Positions 1 to 8,232 of a DNA stretch of 64,000 nt are shown here, piece after piece (position 1 is the stretch's first letter; each line of letters opens with the position of its first letter). The notes under the pieces were generated by a model that saw only the letters and a list, made by a program, of their open reading frames with translations, did no database searches and was not told where the DNA came from. Origin of the DNA: a virus. Both the position numbers and the translations under genes were made by a program. The stretch covers positions 1-64,000 of IMG/VR virus record IMGVR_UViG_3300037467_001806; one strand, 5' to 3'.

Positions 1-1
1 C

Positions 2-997
2 GGCATCGTGACGGTACCGTTGAACGACGCGGATTACACCCTGTCGGTCCAGTTCGGCAACGCTGATGAAGCGCGCAACGCGATGCTGGTCATTTCCGGC
101 GTGCTGTCGATTCAGCGCAATATCATCGTCCCGGCCGTATCCAAGTGGTACATCGTGCGCAACATCACGGCGGGCGGCTTCGGTATCCAGATCAAGACCC
201 CTTCCGGCAGCGGCGTGGTGATCGCCAACGGTGATGCAGCGATCGTGTTCTGTGATGGCTCCAACGTGGTGGCGGCAGGCTCTGGATCATCCAACGGTGG
301 TGTGACCCCGCAAAAGCTCTCCACCGCGGCCGCGATATGGGCGGTCAACGGTTCGTTTGGCGTCAACCGCAGCGAGGCGATGACGCCCAACTTCGGTCGT
401 ATCGCCGTGGATGGCACGGTGGGCTCCGAGTTCAACCTGTACTTCAAGGGTACCAAGGTTGCTTCGTGGGGCGCCGAGGTCGATGGTAACGGCACGGCCA
501 CGGGCGTGGTGATGAATGCCAGCGGCCTGCCCTTTGCCCTCCAGCAGAATGGCGTGGACGCCATGCAAATGGAGACCGATGGAACGGTGGACTTCGCCAA
601 GACGGTGACCGCTGCGGCCCTGGTCTCTACTGGCACCATCGTCGCCAACGGCAACATCAGCGCCTTTTCGGACGCGCGCTACAAGGAAAACTGGCAGCCG
701 CTGCGCGTCGGGTTTATCGATCGATTGACCAAGGTGCAGTACGGCACCTACAACTTCAAAGACACCAAGAAACGGTTTGCCGGCGTCTCCGCCCAGGACT
801 TGAAGAAGCTGCTGCCTGAAGCGATCGAATGCGACGAAGACGGAAAGCTGTCCGTCGCCTACGGCAATGCCGCCCTGGTGGCTGTTATCCAGTTGGCGCG
901 TGACTTCATCAAGCTGCGCGACTTCGGTGTGCAGATGGTGCATACCGCGCACGCTATGCAAGAGCGCATCGCCGCGCTCGAAGCCAAGGTGAAGTAA
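2..997 (+). CDS. tail fibre/spike protein, C-terminal part (5' end upstream of window) with intramolecular-chaperone (peptidase S74-like) autoprocessing domain
   Basis: Frame is open from nt 2. C-terminal ~110 aa carry FSDARYKENW..GTYNFKD..FAGVSAQDLKKLLPEAI..LSVAYGNAALVAVIQ, typical of self-cleaving fibre chaperone domains. Candidate cleavage Ser codon at nt 668. Confidence 0.8.
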   Translation, partial: GIVTVPLNDADYTLSVQFGNADEARNAMLVISGVLSIQRNIIVPAVSKWYIVRNITAGGFGIQIKTPSGSGVVIANGDAAIVFCDGSNVVAAGSGSSNGGVTPQKLSTAAAIWAVNGSFGVNRSEAMTPNFGRIAVDGTVGSEFNLYFKGTKVASWGAEVDGNGTATGVVMNASGLPFALQQNGVDAMQMETDGTVDFAKTVTAAALVSTGTIVANGNISAFSDARYKENWQPLRVGFIDRLTKVQYGTYNFKDTKKRFAGVSAQDLKKLLPEAIECDEDGKLSVAYGNAALVAVIQLARDFIKLRDFGVQMVHTAHAMQERIAALEAKVK

Positions 998-1518
998 TGG
1001 CCGTCGTTACCATCAACCCTACTGGACCCTTGTCGCTGCAGGATATTGCCTTGGCTGTTGGATATGGCAACAACCAGGTGATTACGCTCAACGACATCGA
1101 AATGCGGATGCTTGCACGTGGCCCGCGCGCGGGCGGCCCGGTTTCCATGGACAGCATGCATGGCGCTGTGCGCATCAGCCAGACGGGTGTGGCTGGCACT
1201 GCTACCGGCTTTGTTGGCTGGTCCAGTGGTGTTGCTGGTTCGCTGACTGGCAGTGTGGTCGTCAAAGGCGCCACGATGGTGGAAATAGGGCAGAGCAACA
1301 ACAACACCTGCACCTTTGCGCTGACCAACACGACCAATCCCGGTGCGACCTGGATACACGGCGTCACGGTAAAAAACAACAACGGCTCGGGCGCATTCGG
1401 TTATGCATCCGAAGCCAGCTACTTCTGGAACGCCAACACGCTGACTGCGGTGTGGGTGTGGAACGGGGGATGGAACATGACGTCTGGAACGGGGTTCACG
1501 GTCTACATCTATTACTGA
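997..1518 (+). CDS. hypothetical tail-associated protein
   Basis: ATG overlaps the fibre stop (TAATG). N-terminus has a duplicated motif (PLSLQDIALAVGY / ITLNDIEMRMLARG / PVSMDSMHG) and the rest is Gly/Thr/Asn-rich and beta-like. Confidence 0.5.
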   Translation: MAVVTINPTGPLSLQDIALAVGYGNNQVITLNDIEMRMLARGPRAGGPVSMDSMHGAVRISQTGVAGTATGFVGWSSGVAGSLTGSVVVKGATMVEIGQSNNNTCTFALTNTTNPGATWIHGVTVKNNNGSGAFGYASEASYFWNANTLTAVWVWNGGWNMTSGTGFTVYIYY

Positions 1519-1531
1519 AGGGGGAGTTGGA

Positions 1532-1846
1532 GTGAGCACGGAAAAAGAAAAAGCGTCACTTCCGATGGAGGATGGGCGCTACGAGTTCAACAAGCTGCGC
1601 AGCTCCATCGCCGATTTGAAACTCGACAACGAACGCATGAGCAGTCGCGTCACGCAAATGGAAAAAGAAATCAAGCTGCAAACGGAACGCGCTGAAAAGG
1701 CCGAAGCCGTGATGGAGCAGGTGCTGAAGAAGCTCACCGAGATCGAGACCAGCATCAAGATTGCCAACCTCCTGGCTAAGTTTGTGGCGTGGTGCTCTGG
1801 TTTGGTGTTGGGTATCGCTGGCATCTGGTATTCGCGCCATGGGTAA
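1532..1846 (+). CDS. tail-anchored coiled-coil membrane protein (lysis cassette member; holin/spanin-like role unproven)
   Basis: GTG start after GGGGGAG. Charged heptad-like N-terminal 70 aa, then a single C-terminal TM (LLAKFVAWCSGLVLGIAGIWY). Overlaps the endolysin start by 8 nt. Confidence 0.45.
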   Translation: MSTEKEKASLPMEDGRYEFNKLRSSIADLKLDNERMSSRVTQMEKEIKLQTERAEKAEAVMEQVLKKLTEIETSIKIANLLAKFVAWCSGLVLGIAGIWYSRHG

Positions 1847-2327
1847 GACAGTTGAATTTGACACCGCTTTCGACCGGGTGCTGGGCAACGAAGGCGGCTA
1901 TACATTCAATGAAAAAGACCCTGGCGGCGAAACCAAGTGGGGGATTTCCAAGCGCAGCTACCCGCACCTGAACATCAAGGAGCTGACGCGCGAAGATGCC
2001 AAGCGCATCTACTACGCTGACTTTTGGCGCAACTGCGGCGTAGGACTGCACGACTCTGTCGTGTACCAAGTGTTTGATGCCGCGGTCAATCACGGTATCG
2101 GCAACGCCATCCGCATGCTGCAGCGCGCGGCGAAGGTTGCGGATGACGGACATTGGGGGCCGGTGTCGGCCACGGCGTATGAAGCCATGGATGAATCGGA
2201 TGCGTTGATTCGGTTTCTCTCGCAACGATTGCGGTTCATGGCCAAGCTGACGACGTGGCTGGAGTTCGGCCGTGGGTGGGCGAATCGTATTGCGGATGAT
2301 CTCGATTATGCGGCACAGGATAACTAG
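1839..2327 (+). CDS. endolysin, glycoside hydrolase family 108-like N-terminal domain plus PG_binding_3-like C-terminal domain
   Basis: Internal ATG at 1839 (M27 of track ORF 1761..2327). Contains LGNEGGYTFNEKDPGGETKWGI and YYADFW, and a C-terminal FGRGWANR motif. Confidence 0.85.
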   Translation: MGKTVEFDTAFDRVLGNEGGYTFNEKDPGGETKWGISKRSYPHLNIKELTREDAKRIYYADFWRNCGVGLHDSVVYQVFDAAVNHGIGNAIRMLQRAAKVADDGHWGPVSATAYEAMDESDALIRFLSQRLRFMAKLTTWLEFGRGWANRIADDLDYAAQDN

Positions 2328-2472
2328 GTGTTTCGGTGAGGCGCTGTTCGGCCTCGTGATTGGCCTTGTAATGGGCCTGATGATCGTGCCCGAGCGGGCA
2401 CTGGGAGGTAAGAATGTGGGAGAAAATCAAAGCATTGCTCGACGTGCTGCGGGTTGGGCAGGTTGTAGCTAA
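2308..2472 (+). CDS. small single-TM protein (possible lysis accessory)
   Basis: ATG inside track ORF 2272..2472. Basic N-terminus RHRITR, then TM FGEALFGLVIGLVMGLMIV. Overlaps both neighbours and has no clear SD. Confidence 0.3.
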   Translation: MRHRITRCFGEALFGLVIGLVMGLMIVPERALGGKNVGENQSIARRAAGWAGCS

Positions 2473-2776
2473 CCCGCGCGCCTACAAGCGTGTTCAAGAC
2501 TACGGCAACGCTATCGGCGGTTTCATTTTGCTGGTGCTGGCCGCTGTCAAGGTGTGGGGGGTTGAGCTGCCCTTTCAGGTCGATGCGGATACGGCCGACC
2601 TCATTGGTGGTGGTGTTGCTGCTGTCATCCTCAACATCGTGCTCAACAATGCCACCAGCAAAACAGTGGGACTGCTCCCGCCCAAGCCCGTGCCCGAGCA
2701 ATCCGACCCCTACGAAGACGCAATGCAGTCCGAGGCTGGGACTGATCTTCGAGCAGGGCCGCCCGGAGAGCAGTAG
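2414..2776 (+). CDS. two-TM membrane protein, holin candidate
   Basis: Strong SD GGGAGGTAAGA-ATG. Two hydrophobic helices (GGFILLVLAAVKVWGV, LIGGGVAAVILNIVL) and an acidic/Pro-rich tail. Confidence 0.5.
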   Translation: MWEKIKALLDVLRVGQVVANPRAYKRVQDYGNAIGGFILLVLAAVKVWGVELPFQVDADTADLIGGGVAAVILNIVLNNATSKTVGLLPPKPVPEQSDPYEDAMQSEAGTDLRAGPPGEQ

Positions 2777-2852
2777 CCGGGTGAAAGAGTTCGTCGACTC
2801 GGTCGATGGAGTGGAAGTCAAACTTGTGTGCACTTATTAAAGGAGTTTCACC

Positions 2853-3122
2853 ATGCAGTTCCTTACCATCCTGAAGATTTTCCTGTCCTTGATCCCGCTG
2901 ATTTCCGAAGCGGTCAAGACCGTGGAAGCTGCCCTGCCCTTCAACGGCGTGGGCCAGCAGAAGCTGGAAATGGTGCGTCAGACCCTGGACGCCTCCTACA
3001 AAGCGGCCAGCGACATGACGGTGCCGTTCGAGGCGCTGTGGAATCTGGCGCAGCCGCTGATTACCAGCATGGTGGCGGTCTACAACGCTACCGGCGCTTT
3101 CCCGCGCAGCGACGCCAAGTAA
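2853..3122 (+). CDS. small membrane protein, holin-like
   Basis: SD AAAGGAG. N-terminal TM MQFLTILKIFLSLIPLISEAV, then an amphipathic region. Last gene before a terminator. Confidence 0.45.
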   Translation: MQFLTILKIFLSLIPLISEAVKTVEAALPFNGVGQQKLEMVRQTLDASYKAASDMTVPFEALWNLAQPLITSMVAVYNATGAFPRSDAK

Positions 3123-3131
3123 TTTTTTGGC

Positions 3132-3204
3132 AACGCCTTGCCTTGAGGTAGGTTTCCGGTGTAAAGTACCGGCACTTGCTGAGAGGCAAGGCGTTTCTTC
3201 TTTC
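3132..3204 (+). terminator. long-stem hairpin with T-rich tail
   Basis: Arms AACGCCTTGCC (3132-3142) and GGCAAGGCGTT (3185-3195) enclose an inner hairpin CCGGT..ACCGG (3156-3172), followed by TCTTCTTTC. Confidence 0.5.
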
Positions 3205-3218
3205 ACGACCTGATCGCC

Positions 3219-5051
3219 ATGCCTCTGCAACGCTTGAAATTTAAGCCTGGAATTGACCGCAGCAACACGAACTACGCCAATGAGGGCGGGTTCTTCGCCT
3301 GCGACAAAGTCCGTTTCCGCTCCGGTACCGCCCAAAAGATCGGCGGCTGGATCAGCTACATGGGGCAGACCGTCCTGGGTTCGGCGCGCGGCCTGTTCAA
3401 CTGGGTCACGCTGGACTCGACCAACATCCTGGCCATCGGCACCAACATCAAGTACTACGCCGAGCATGGCGGCTCCCTTTACGACATCACCCCCCTGCGT
3501 TCTTCGACGACGCTGACAAGCCCTTTCAGCACCACGATCGGTTCTACCACGGTGACCGTTACCCACGTGGGGCATGGCGCGGCCAACGGCGACTATGTGA
3601 CTTTTTCGTCTTCGACGCCGGCTGCCGGCATCGTCTTCGACGCAGAGTTCCAGATTACCTACGTGGATGCCGACCACTACACCATCCAGGGCAGCACGGC
3701 GGCAACAGCCACCACGACGGGCGGCGGCAGTCCGGTGGCGGCGTACCAAATCTCCATCGGCAAATCCATTTCGTCGGCCGGTCGCGGCTGGGGTGCTGGC
3801 TTTTGGGGGCGCGGCACGTGGGGCTCGCCGGCAACGCAATCGGTGCAATCGGTGGCGCTGCGCCTGTGGTCCCAGGAAGCCTTCGGCGAAGATCATCTGT
3901 TTTGCATCCGCAACGACCGCATCTACCTTTGGCGCTACAACAACGGCGTCGGGTTCGGCACGCGCGCCATCGCGCTGACTTCGGCAGCAGGTGCATCTGA
4001 TGTGCCGGTGGTGGCGACCAAGCTCCTGATGTCTACGGCCGACCGTCACCTGATCGCCTTCGGTACCAACAAGGTGGGCGACACGGCGCAAGACCCGCTC
4101 CTGATCCGCTGGGCTACGGCTGAGTCCTACACCAATTGGACGATTGACGCGCTGACGACTACGGCTGGTGAGTTGCGCTGCTCGTCGGGCAACTACATCG
4201 TGACGGCTGTGCGTTACGGCGCGCAGATTCTGGTCTTCACCGACAGCACCATTTTCGCTATGCAGTTCATCGGCTATCCGCTGGTGTTCGGCATGCTGCC
4301 GGTGGCCGACAACATATCCATCATTTCTCCCAACGCTGTCGTGGTAGCCGGCGCCAATACGTTCTGGATGGGCACTGACAAGTTCTACGTCTATAACGGC
4401 CAAGCGCAGACGTTGCCGTGCACCCTGGTGCGATATGTGTTCGACGACTTCAACACGCAGCAAGCGTCCCAGGTTTTCTCCGGGTCCAACGAGGCTTTCT
4501 CGGAAGTGTGGTGGTTCTACTGCTCGGGAAACAGCAGCACGATCGACCGCTACGTGGTCTACAACTATGCGGAGAACCTGTGGTATCCGGGCACGATGCA
4601 TCGCACCGCTTGGCTGGACTCGCATTTGAAGCAGTACCCGGTTGCTGCGTCCGACAGCAACCTGTATTACCACGAAGCTGGCTATGACGACGACCGTACC
4701 CAGCCGATCAATTCGTGGATTGAAACGTCCGACTTCGACCTGGCTGACGGCGAGAACTTCAGCTTCGTCAAGCGTGTGATCCCCGATGTGGAGTTCTCCG
4801 GTTCGACGGCCAACAACCCGAGCATCGTGCTCACCCTCACTCCGCGCAACAGCCCTGGCAGCGCGTATAAGGACGGTGACGCGACTTCTGTCGCGCGAAG
4901 CGTTAGCGTGCCCTACGACCAATTTACCGAGCGGCTGGATGTTCGCCTGCGCGGGCGCCAGATCAAGATGCGCATCGAAAGCACGGACCTTGGCGTGGCA
5001 TGGCAGTTGGGCGTGCCGCGGATCGAAATTCAACCGGATGGGAAAAAATAA
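3219..5051 (+). CDS. virion structural protein (putative tail/nozzle-associated), function unknown
   Basis: 610-aa ORF with GC3-rich codons at the head of a run of translationally coupled virion genes. No motif I can name. Confidence 0.5.
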   Translation: MPLQRLKFKPGIDRSNTNYANEGGFFACDKVRFRSGTAQKIGGWISYMGQTVLGSARGLFNWVTLDSTNILAIGTNIKYYAEHGGSLYDITPLRSSTTLTSPFSTTIGSTTVTVTHVGHGAANGDYVTFSSSTPAAGIVFDAEFQITYVDADHYTIQGSTAATATTTGGGSPVAAYQISIGKSISSAGRGWGAGFWGRGTWGSPATQSVQSVALRLWSQEAFGEDHLFCIRNDRIYLWRYNNGVGFGTRAIALTSAAGASDVPVVATKLLMSTADRHLIAFGTNKVGDTAQDPLLIRWATAESYTNWTIDALTTTAGELRCSSGNYIVTAVRYGAQILVFTDSTIFAMQFIGYPLVFGMLPVADNISIISPNAVVVAGANTFWMGTDKFYVYNGQAQTLPCTLVRYVFDDFNTQQASQVFSGSNEAFSEVWWFYCSGNSSTIDRYVVYNYAENLWYPGTMHRTAWLDSHLKQYPVAASDSNLYYHEAGYDDDRTQPINSWIETSDFDLADGENFSFVKRVIPDVEFSGSTANNPSIVLTLTPRNSPGSAYKDGDATSVARSVSVPYDQFTERLDVRLRGRQIKMRIESTDLGVAWQLGVPRIEIQPDGKK

Positions 5052-5287
5052 TGGCGCTCCCTGTGCAACCGATGTCCTTGCAGAACCCGCCGGCGCAGTA
5101 CGACATGCGCCATGTGATGGGGTTGATCCGCGAGTTGAACGCGCTGGTGCAACGCTTGAATGCTATTGGGCCTTTGCACGGCTCGACTTTGAATTTGTCC
5201 TTGTTGCCGACTAGCGCTGCTGGCTTGGCACCGGGTGACGTGTATGCAGACCCTGTGACCGGCGCACTGTCGGTTGTACTGCCGTAG
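5051..5287 (+). CDS. hypothetical virion-module protein
   Basis: ATG overlaps the upstream stop (TAATG) and corresponds to M18 of track ORF 5000..5287. Confidence 0.55.
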   Translation: MALPVQPMSLQNPPAQYDMRHVMGLIRELNALVQRLNAIGPLHGSTLNLSLLPTSAAGLAPGDVYADPVTGALSVVLP

Positions 5288-5296
5288 GAGAAGGAT

Positions 5297-6400
5297 ATGG
5301 GTGGCTTGTTTGATGGGATCGGCGATGTGCTGGGCGGGGTAGGTGATGCAGTGGGCGGCGTCGTCCAAGGCATTGCTGATAACCCCGGCCTGGCTCTGAC
5401 CGCAGCGACCTTGCCGTTTGGCGGCATCGGTGGCTTGGCCGGACTGGGTGATGCCGGCGCGATGGGAGGCCTGGGCAATTTTGGCCTGGATACTGCGCTG
5501 GGCGGTGCTGAGTTTGGCGCCGACTCCATCGCCGGTTTGGGCGCAGCCGGGGGGTTGGACAGCGCCATGATCGACCCGTCGTGGTTCGACCCAGGTGTGT
5601 GGTCCGAGACCCTGCCTGAAGCGTCGGCCAACGGCACCTTGTCCGCGCTGGGCAGCGCGTCCGGTGGCGGCGGTGGTTTGATGGATATCCTGCAGAACGG
5701 TATTTCCAAGGCCGGCCAGAAAATGTCGACCATGAGCCTGGGCGATCTGCTCAAGCTGGGCGGCCTGGGCGCAGGCGCCATCGCTGGTCTGTCGGGCCAC
5801 AACGGCATGCCCAAGTTCACCCCGTGGACGATGCCGCAGGCACCGGGCTTCCTGACGGCCAGCCGCTCTTTCGACCCCAGCACCAAGCAATTCGGGCAGG
5901 TGCAATATGCTCCGCGCGGTTACGCCGCGGGCGGTCTGGCCTCGATCGGAGGTGGCCGCCGCCCAAAGTATGTTAGCCCGCACGACAAGGCCGTCTCCGC
6001 GCTGCGCAGCCGTTATCGCAGCCGCAAGCAGGCCGAAGCCGATGCGGGCATCCCTGGCACCGTGGCCAACCAAGTGCTGCAAGGCCCGGGTGACCCGGTG
6101 CTGGATGATGCGTTCGCTTATGCCAGCCCCCAGCAGCAAAACTTCGCTGGCGGCGGCTTGGCCGTTGGCCCTGGTGATGGCATGAGCGACGACATCCCGG
6201 CTGTGATCGACGGCCAGCATCCCGCCGCGATCGCCACGGACGAATACATCGTGCCGGCTGATGTTGTGTCCCACATCGGCAACGGGTCGTCCAGCGCCGG
6301 CGGCAAGGCGCTCGACAGCATGGTCTCACGCATCCGGCAAGCGCGCACCGGGCGCTCGAAGCAAGCTCCGCGCATCAACCCTAACCAGTTCCTGAAATGA
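5297..6400 (+). CDS. Gly-rich internal virion/ejection-type protein
   Basis: SD GGAGAAGG. Extremely Gly/Ala/Leu-rich N-terminal half. C-terminus GDGMSDDIPAVIDGQHPAAIATDEYIVPADVVSHIGNG, plus YAAGG and FAGGG motifs. Confidence 0.55.
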   Translation: MGGLFDGIGDVLGGVGDAVGGVVQGIADNPGLALTAATLPFGGIGGLAGLGDAGAMGGLGNFGLDTALGGAEFGADSIAGLGAAGGLDSAMIDPSWFDPGVWSETLPEASANGTLSALGSASGGGGGLMDILQNGISKAGQKMSTMSLGDLLKLGGLGAGAIAGLSGHNGMPKFTPWTMPQAPGFLTASRSFDPSTKQFGQVQYAPRGYAAGGLASIGGGRRPKYVSPHDKAVSALRSRYRSRKQAEADAGIPGTVANQVLQGPGDPVLDDAFAYASPQQQNFAGGGLAVGPGDGMSDDIPAVIDGQHPAAIATDEYIVPADVVSHIGNGSSSAGGKALDSMVSRIRQARTGRSKQAPRINPNQFLK

Positions 6401-6834
6401 ACCTGCAAATCACAATAGTCCCGCACGGACACATCAACCAAGTACTGCCCAAAGTGATCGGCTACGTCCGCAAGATGGAGCCGTATTTGTACGGCCGCGC
6501 TGGCGTGGACAGCGTCATCAAGGCCATGCTCAACCCCGAAATCCAGACGTGGATCATCTACGACGAAGACGAGGTTGTGCACTTTTATGCCACCACGCAG
6601 ATCGCTGCTTTCCCGCTGGGGAAGAACCTGATGGTGCTCAATTGCGGCGGGCGTGACGGCGTCATGGATGAAATGGCGCCCCAAATGTTGCATGCGTTCG
6701 AGCAGTTCGCGCGCGGCAACGGATGTAAAGGAATCGACATTCAAGGTCGTCCTGGCTGGAAGAAGTGGTTTTCGCCGGCCGGCTTTGAAACCTCGTGGGC
6801 GCATTACTTCAAAGCGCTGGAAGATAAGGAGTAG
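6397..6834 (+). CDS. hypothetical protein, weak GNAT-like acetyltransferase resemblance
   Basis: ATGA coupling. C-terminal AFEQFARGNGCKGIDIQGRPGWKKWFSPAGFE resembles a GNAT core, but the Q/RxxGxG/A motif is imperfect. Confidence 0.4.
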   Translation: MNLQITIVPHGHINQVLPKVIGYVRKMEPYLYGRAGVDSVIKAMLNPEIQTWIIYDEDEVVHFYATTQIAAFPLGKNLMVLNCGGRDGVMDEMAPQMLHAFEQFARGNGCKGIDIQGRPGWKKWFSPAGFETSWAHYFKALEDKE

Positions 6835-6837
6835 GAA

Positions 6838-8223
6838 ATGGGAAGCGGCCTGAACCAAGTCGGCATGCAACAGCAGGCGACGAGCCAATACTACCAGCCG
6901 TTTTACGACGACATGGCTCAGCGCGCGCAAGCGCTGTCTACGCTGCCGTTCCAATCGTACGGCAGCGCACCGGGTTCCAACGGCTACACGCAGCAGGCCG
7001 CGCAAGGCTTCGCCGACTTCCAACCGGCGTGGCAGCTCGGTCGTGGCAGCGACATGCTCAACGACGCCTTCGGTGGCTTGTCCAGCCTGGGCAACTATTC
7101 GGCCGGCTCCATCTACAGCCCGTACAACGCGCAGGCTGTGCAGATGTTCAACAAGCCCAACGATGTGGGCATCTATAGCGCACCGAACCAACTGCAGATG
7201 TATGGCGCACCGTCGCCCTTGCAGATGTTTGCCGCGCCCGATAAGGTGGCCAACACGTACAACCCGGAGAGCTTCACCGCCGCGGGTACGTCCGAGAAGT
7301 ACATGGACCCCTACATGCAGGGGGTGGTGGATATCGCCAAGCGTGAAGCTGATCGTACGTTCGCCCAGCAACAGCAGCAGCGCGACGCCACGGCTGCGCA
7401 GCAAGGCGCGTTTGGCGGATCGCGCGCCGGGCTCGTGAATCAAGCTGCGCAGCGCGACCAGGATCAACTGCTCAACGACATCCAGACCAAGGGTCTGGAC
7501 AGCGCGTGGCAGCAAGCCATGGCGCAGTTCAACGCCGAGCAGCAGGCCAAGGCCACGGCCGCCGGCATGGGTCTGGACGCTTCCAAATTCAACTCTGGCC
7601 AGCAATTGCAATATGGCCTGGCAGGTTTGAACGCGCAGCAGTTCGACAAGAGCATGCAGCAGAAGTACGGCGAAGACTGGCTCGGTATGCAGCAGAACAA
7701 CATTGCCAACGCGATGAAGTACGGCGAAGACGTGCTGGGCAAGGACATCTTCAACACCAACACCGCCATGGATTATGGCAAGACCGGCCTGCAGAACTCG
7801 CAGTTCAACGAGCAGCAGCGCCAGCAAGAAGGTGCCATGCAGTTGCAAGCCATGATCTCGCAGGAAGCCGCCAAGCTGGGCGCCTACAACGCCAACGTGG
7901 GCCGTTACACCGGCATGGGCGGCATGGGCAGCGCCATGGGCAACATCGGCGCGACCGTCGGCAATCAGCAACTGTCCGCCCTGGGTGGTTTGGCCTCGGC
8001 TGGCAACAGCTTGTGGAACCAGGACTTCCAAGCCGATAACGCCAACTACAACCGTTTCATGCAGGCGCAGATGTGGCCCATGCAGCAGTTGCAGTTCGAG
8101 AAGGGCATCATGAGCGGCCTGCCGGGACCGACGTTGACTTCGACGCAGTACGGTGGCTTGGGCGCGAACCCGTATTCGCAGGGGCTGGGCAGCTTGATCG
8201 CCCTGGGTGGCATGCTGGGCTAA
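6838..8223 (+). CDS. Gln/Asn/Gly-rich internal virion protein
   Basis: SD AAGGAGTAGGAA. 461 aa with low-complexity Q/N/G/A composition and repeated QMY/QMF segments. Confidence 0.55.
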   Translation: MGSGLNQVGMQQQATSQYYQPFYDDMAQRAQALSTLPFQSYGSAPGSNGYTQQAAQGFADFQPAWQLGRGSDMLNDAFGGLSSLGNYSAGSIYSPYNAQAVQMFNKPNDVGIYSAPNQLQMYGAPSPLQMFAAPDKVANTYNPESFTAAGTSEKYMDPYMQGVVDIAKREADRTFAQQQQQRDATAAQQGAFGGSRAGLVNQAAQRDQDQLLNDIQTKGLDSAWQQAMAQFNAEQQAKATAAGMGLDASKFNSGQQLQYGLAGLNAQQFDKSMQQKYGEDWLGMQQNNIANAMKYGEDVLGKDIFNTNTAMDYGKTGLQNSQFNEQQRQQEGAMQLQAMISQEAAKLGAYNANVGRYTGMGGMGSAMGNIGATVGNQQLSALGGLASAGNSLWNQDFQADNANYNRFMQAQMWPMQQLQFEKGIMSGLPGPTLTSTQYGGLGANPYSQGLGSLIALGGMLG

Positions 8224-8232
8224 GGGGGTAAC

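Noticed and set aside
3141-3170. Plus-strand promoter TTGCCT-18-TAAAGT embedded in the 3132-3204 hairpin
   Set aside because: Both hexamers are weak and the sequence is explained by the terminator stem-loop. No independent support.
2643-5033. Very long antisense or alternative-frame ORFs, including 2643-5033(-), 6118-8805(-), 12550-15129(-), 51962-53887(-), 53619-56336(-), 17815-18936(+) and 20290-21423(+)
   Set aside because: Their translations are Arg/Gly/His/Ala/Val-rich with no motifs. They mirror well-supported genes on the opposite strand. Long open antisense frames are expected in GC-rich DNA.
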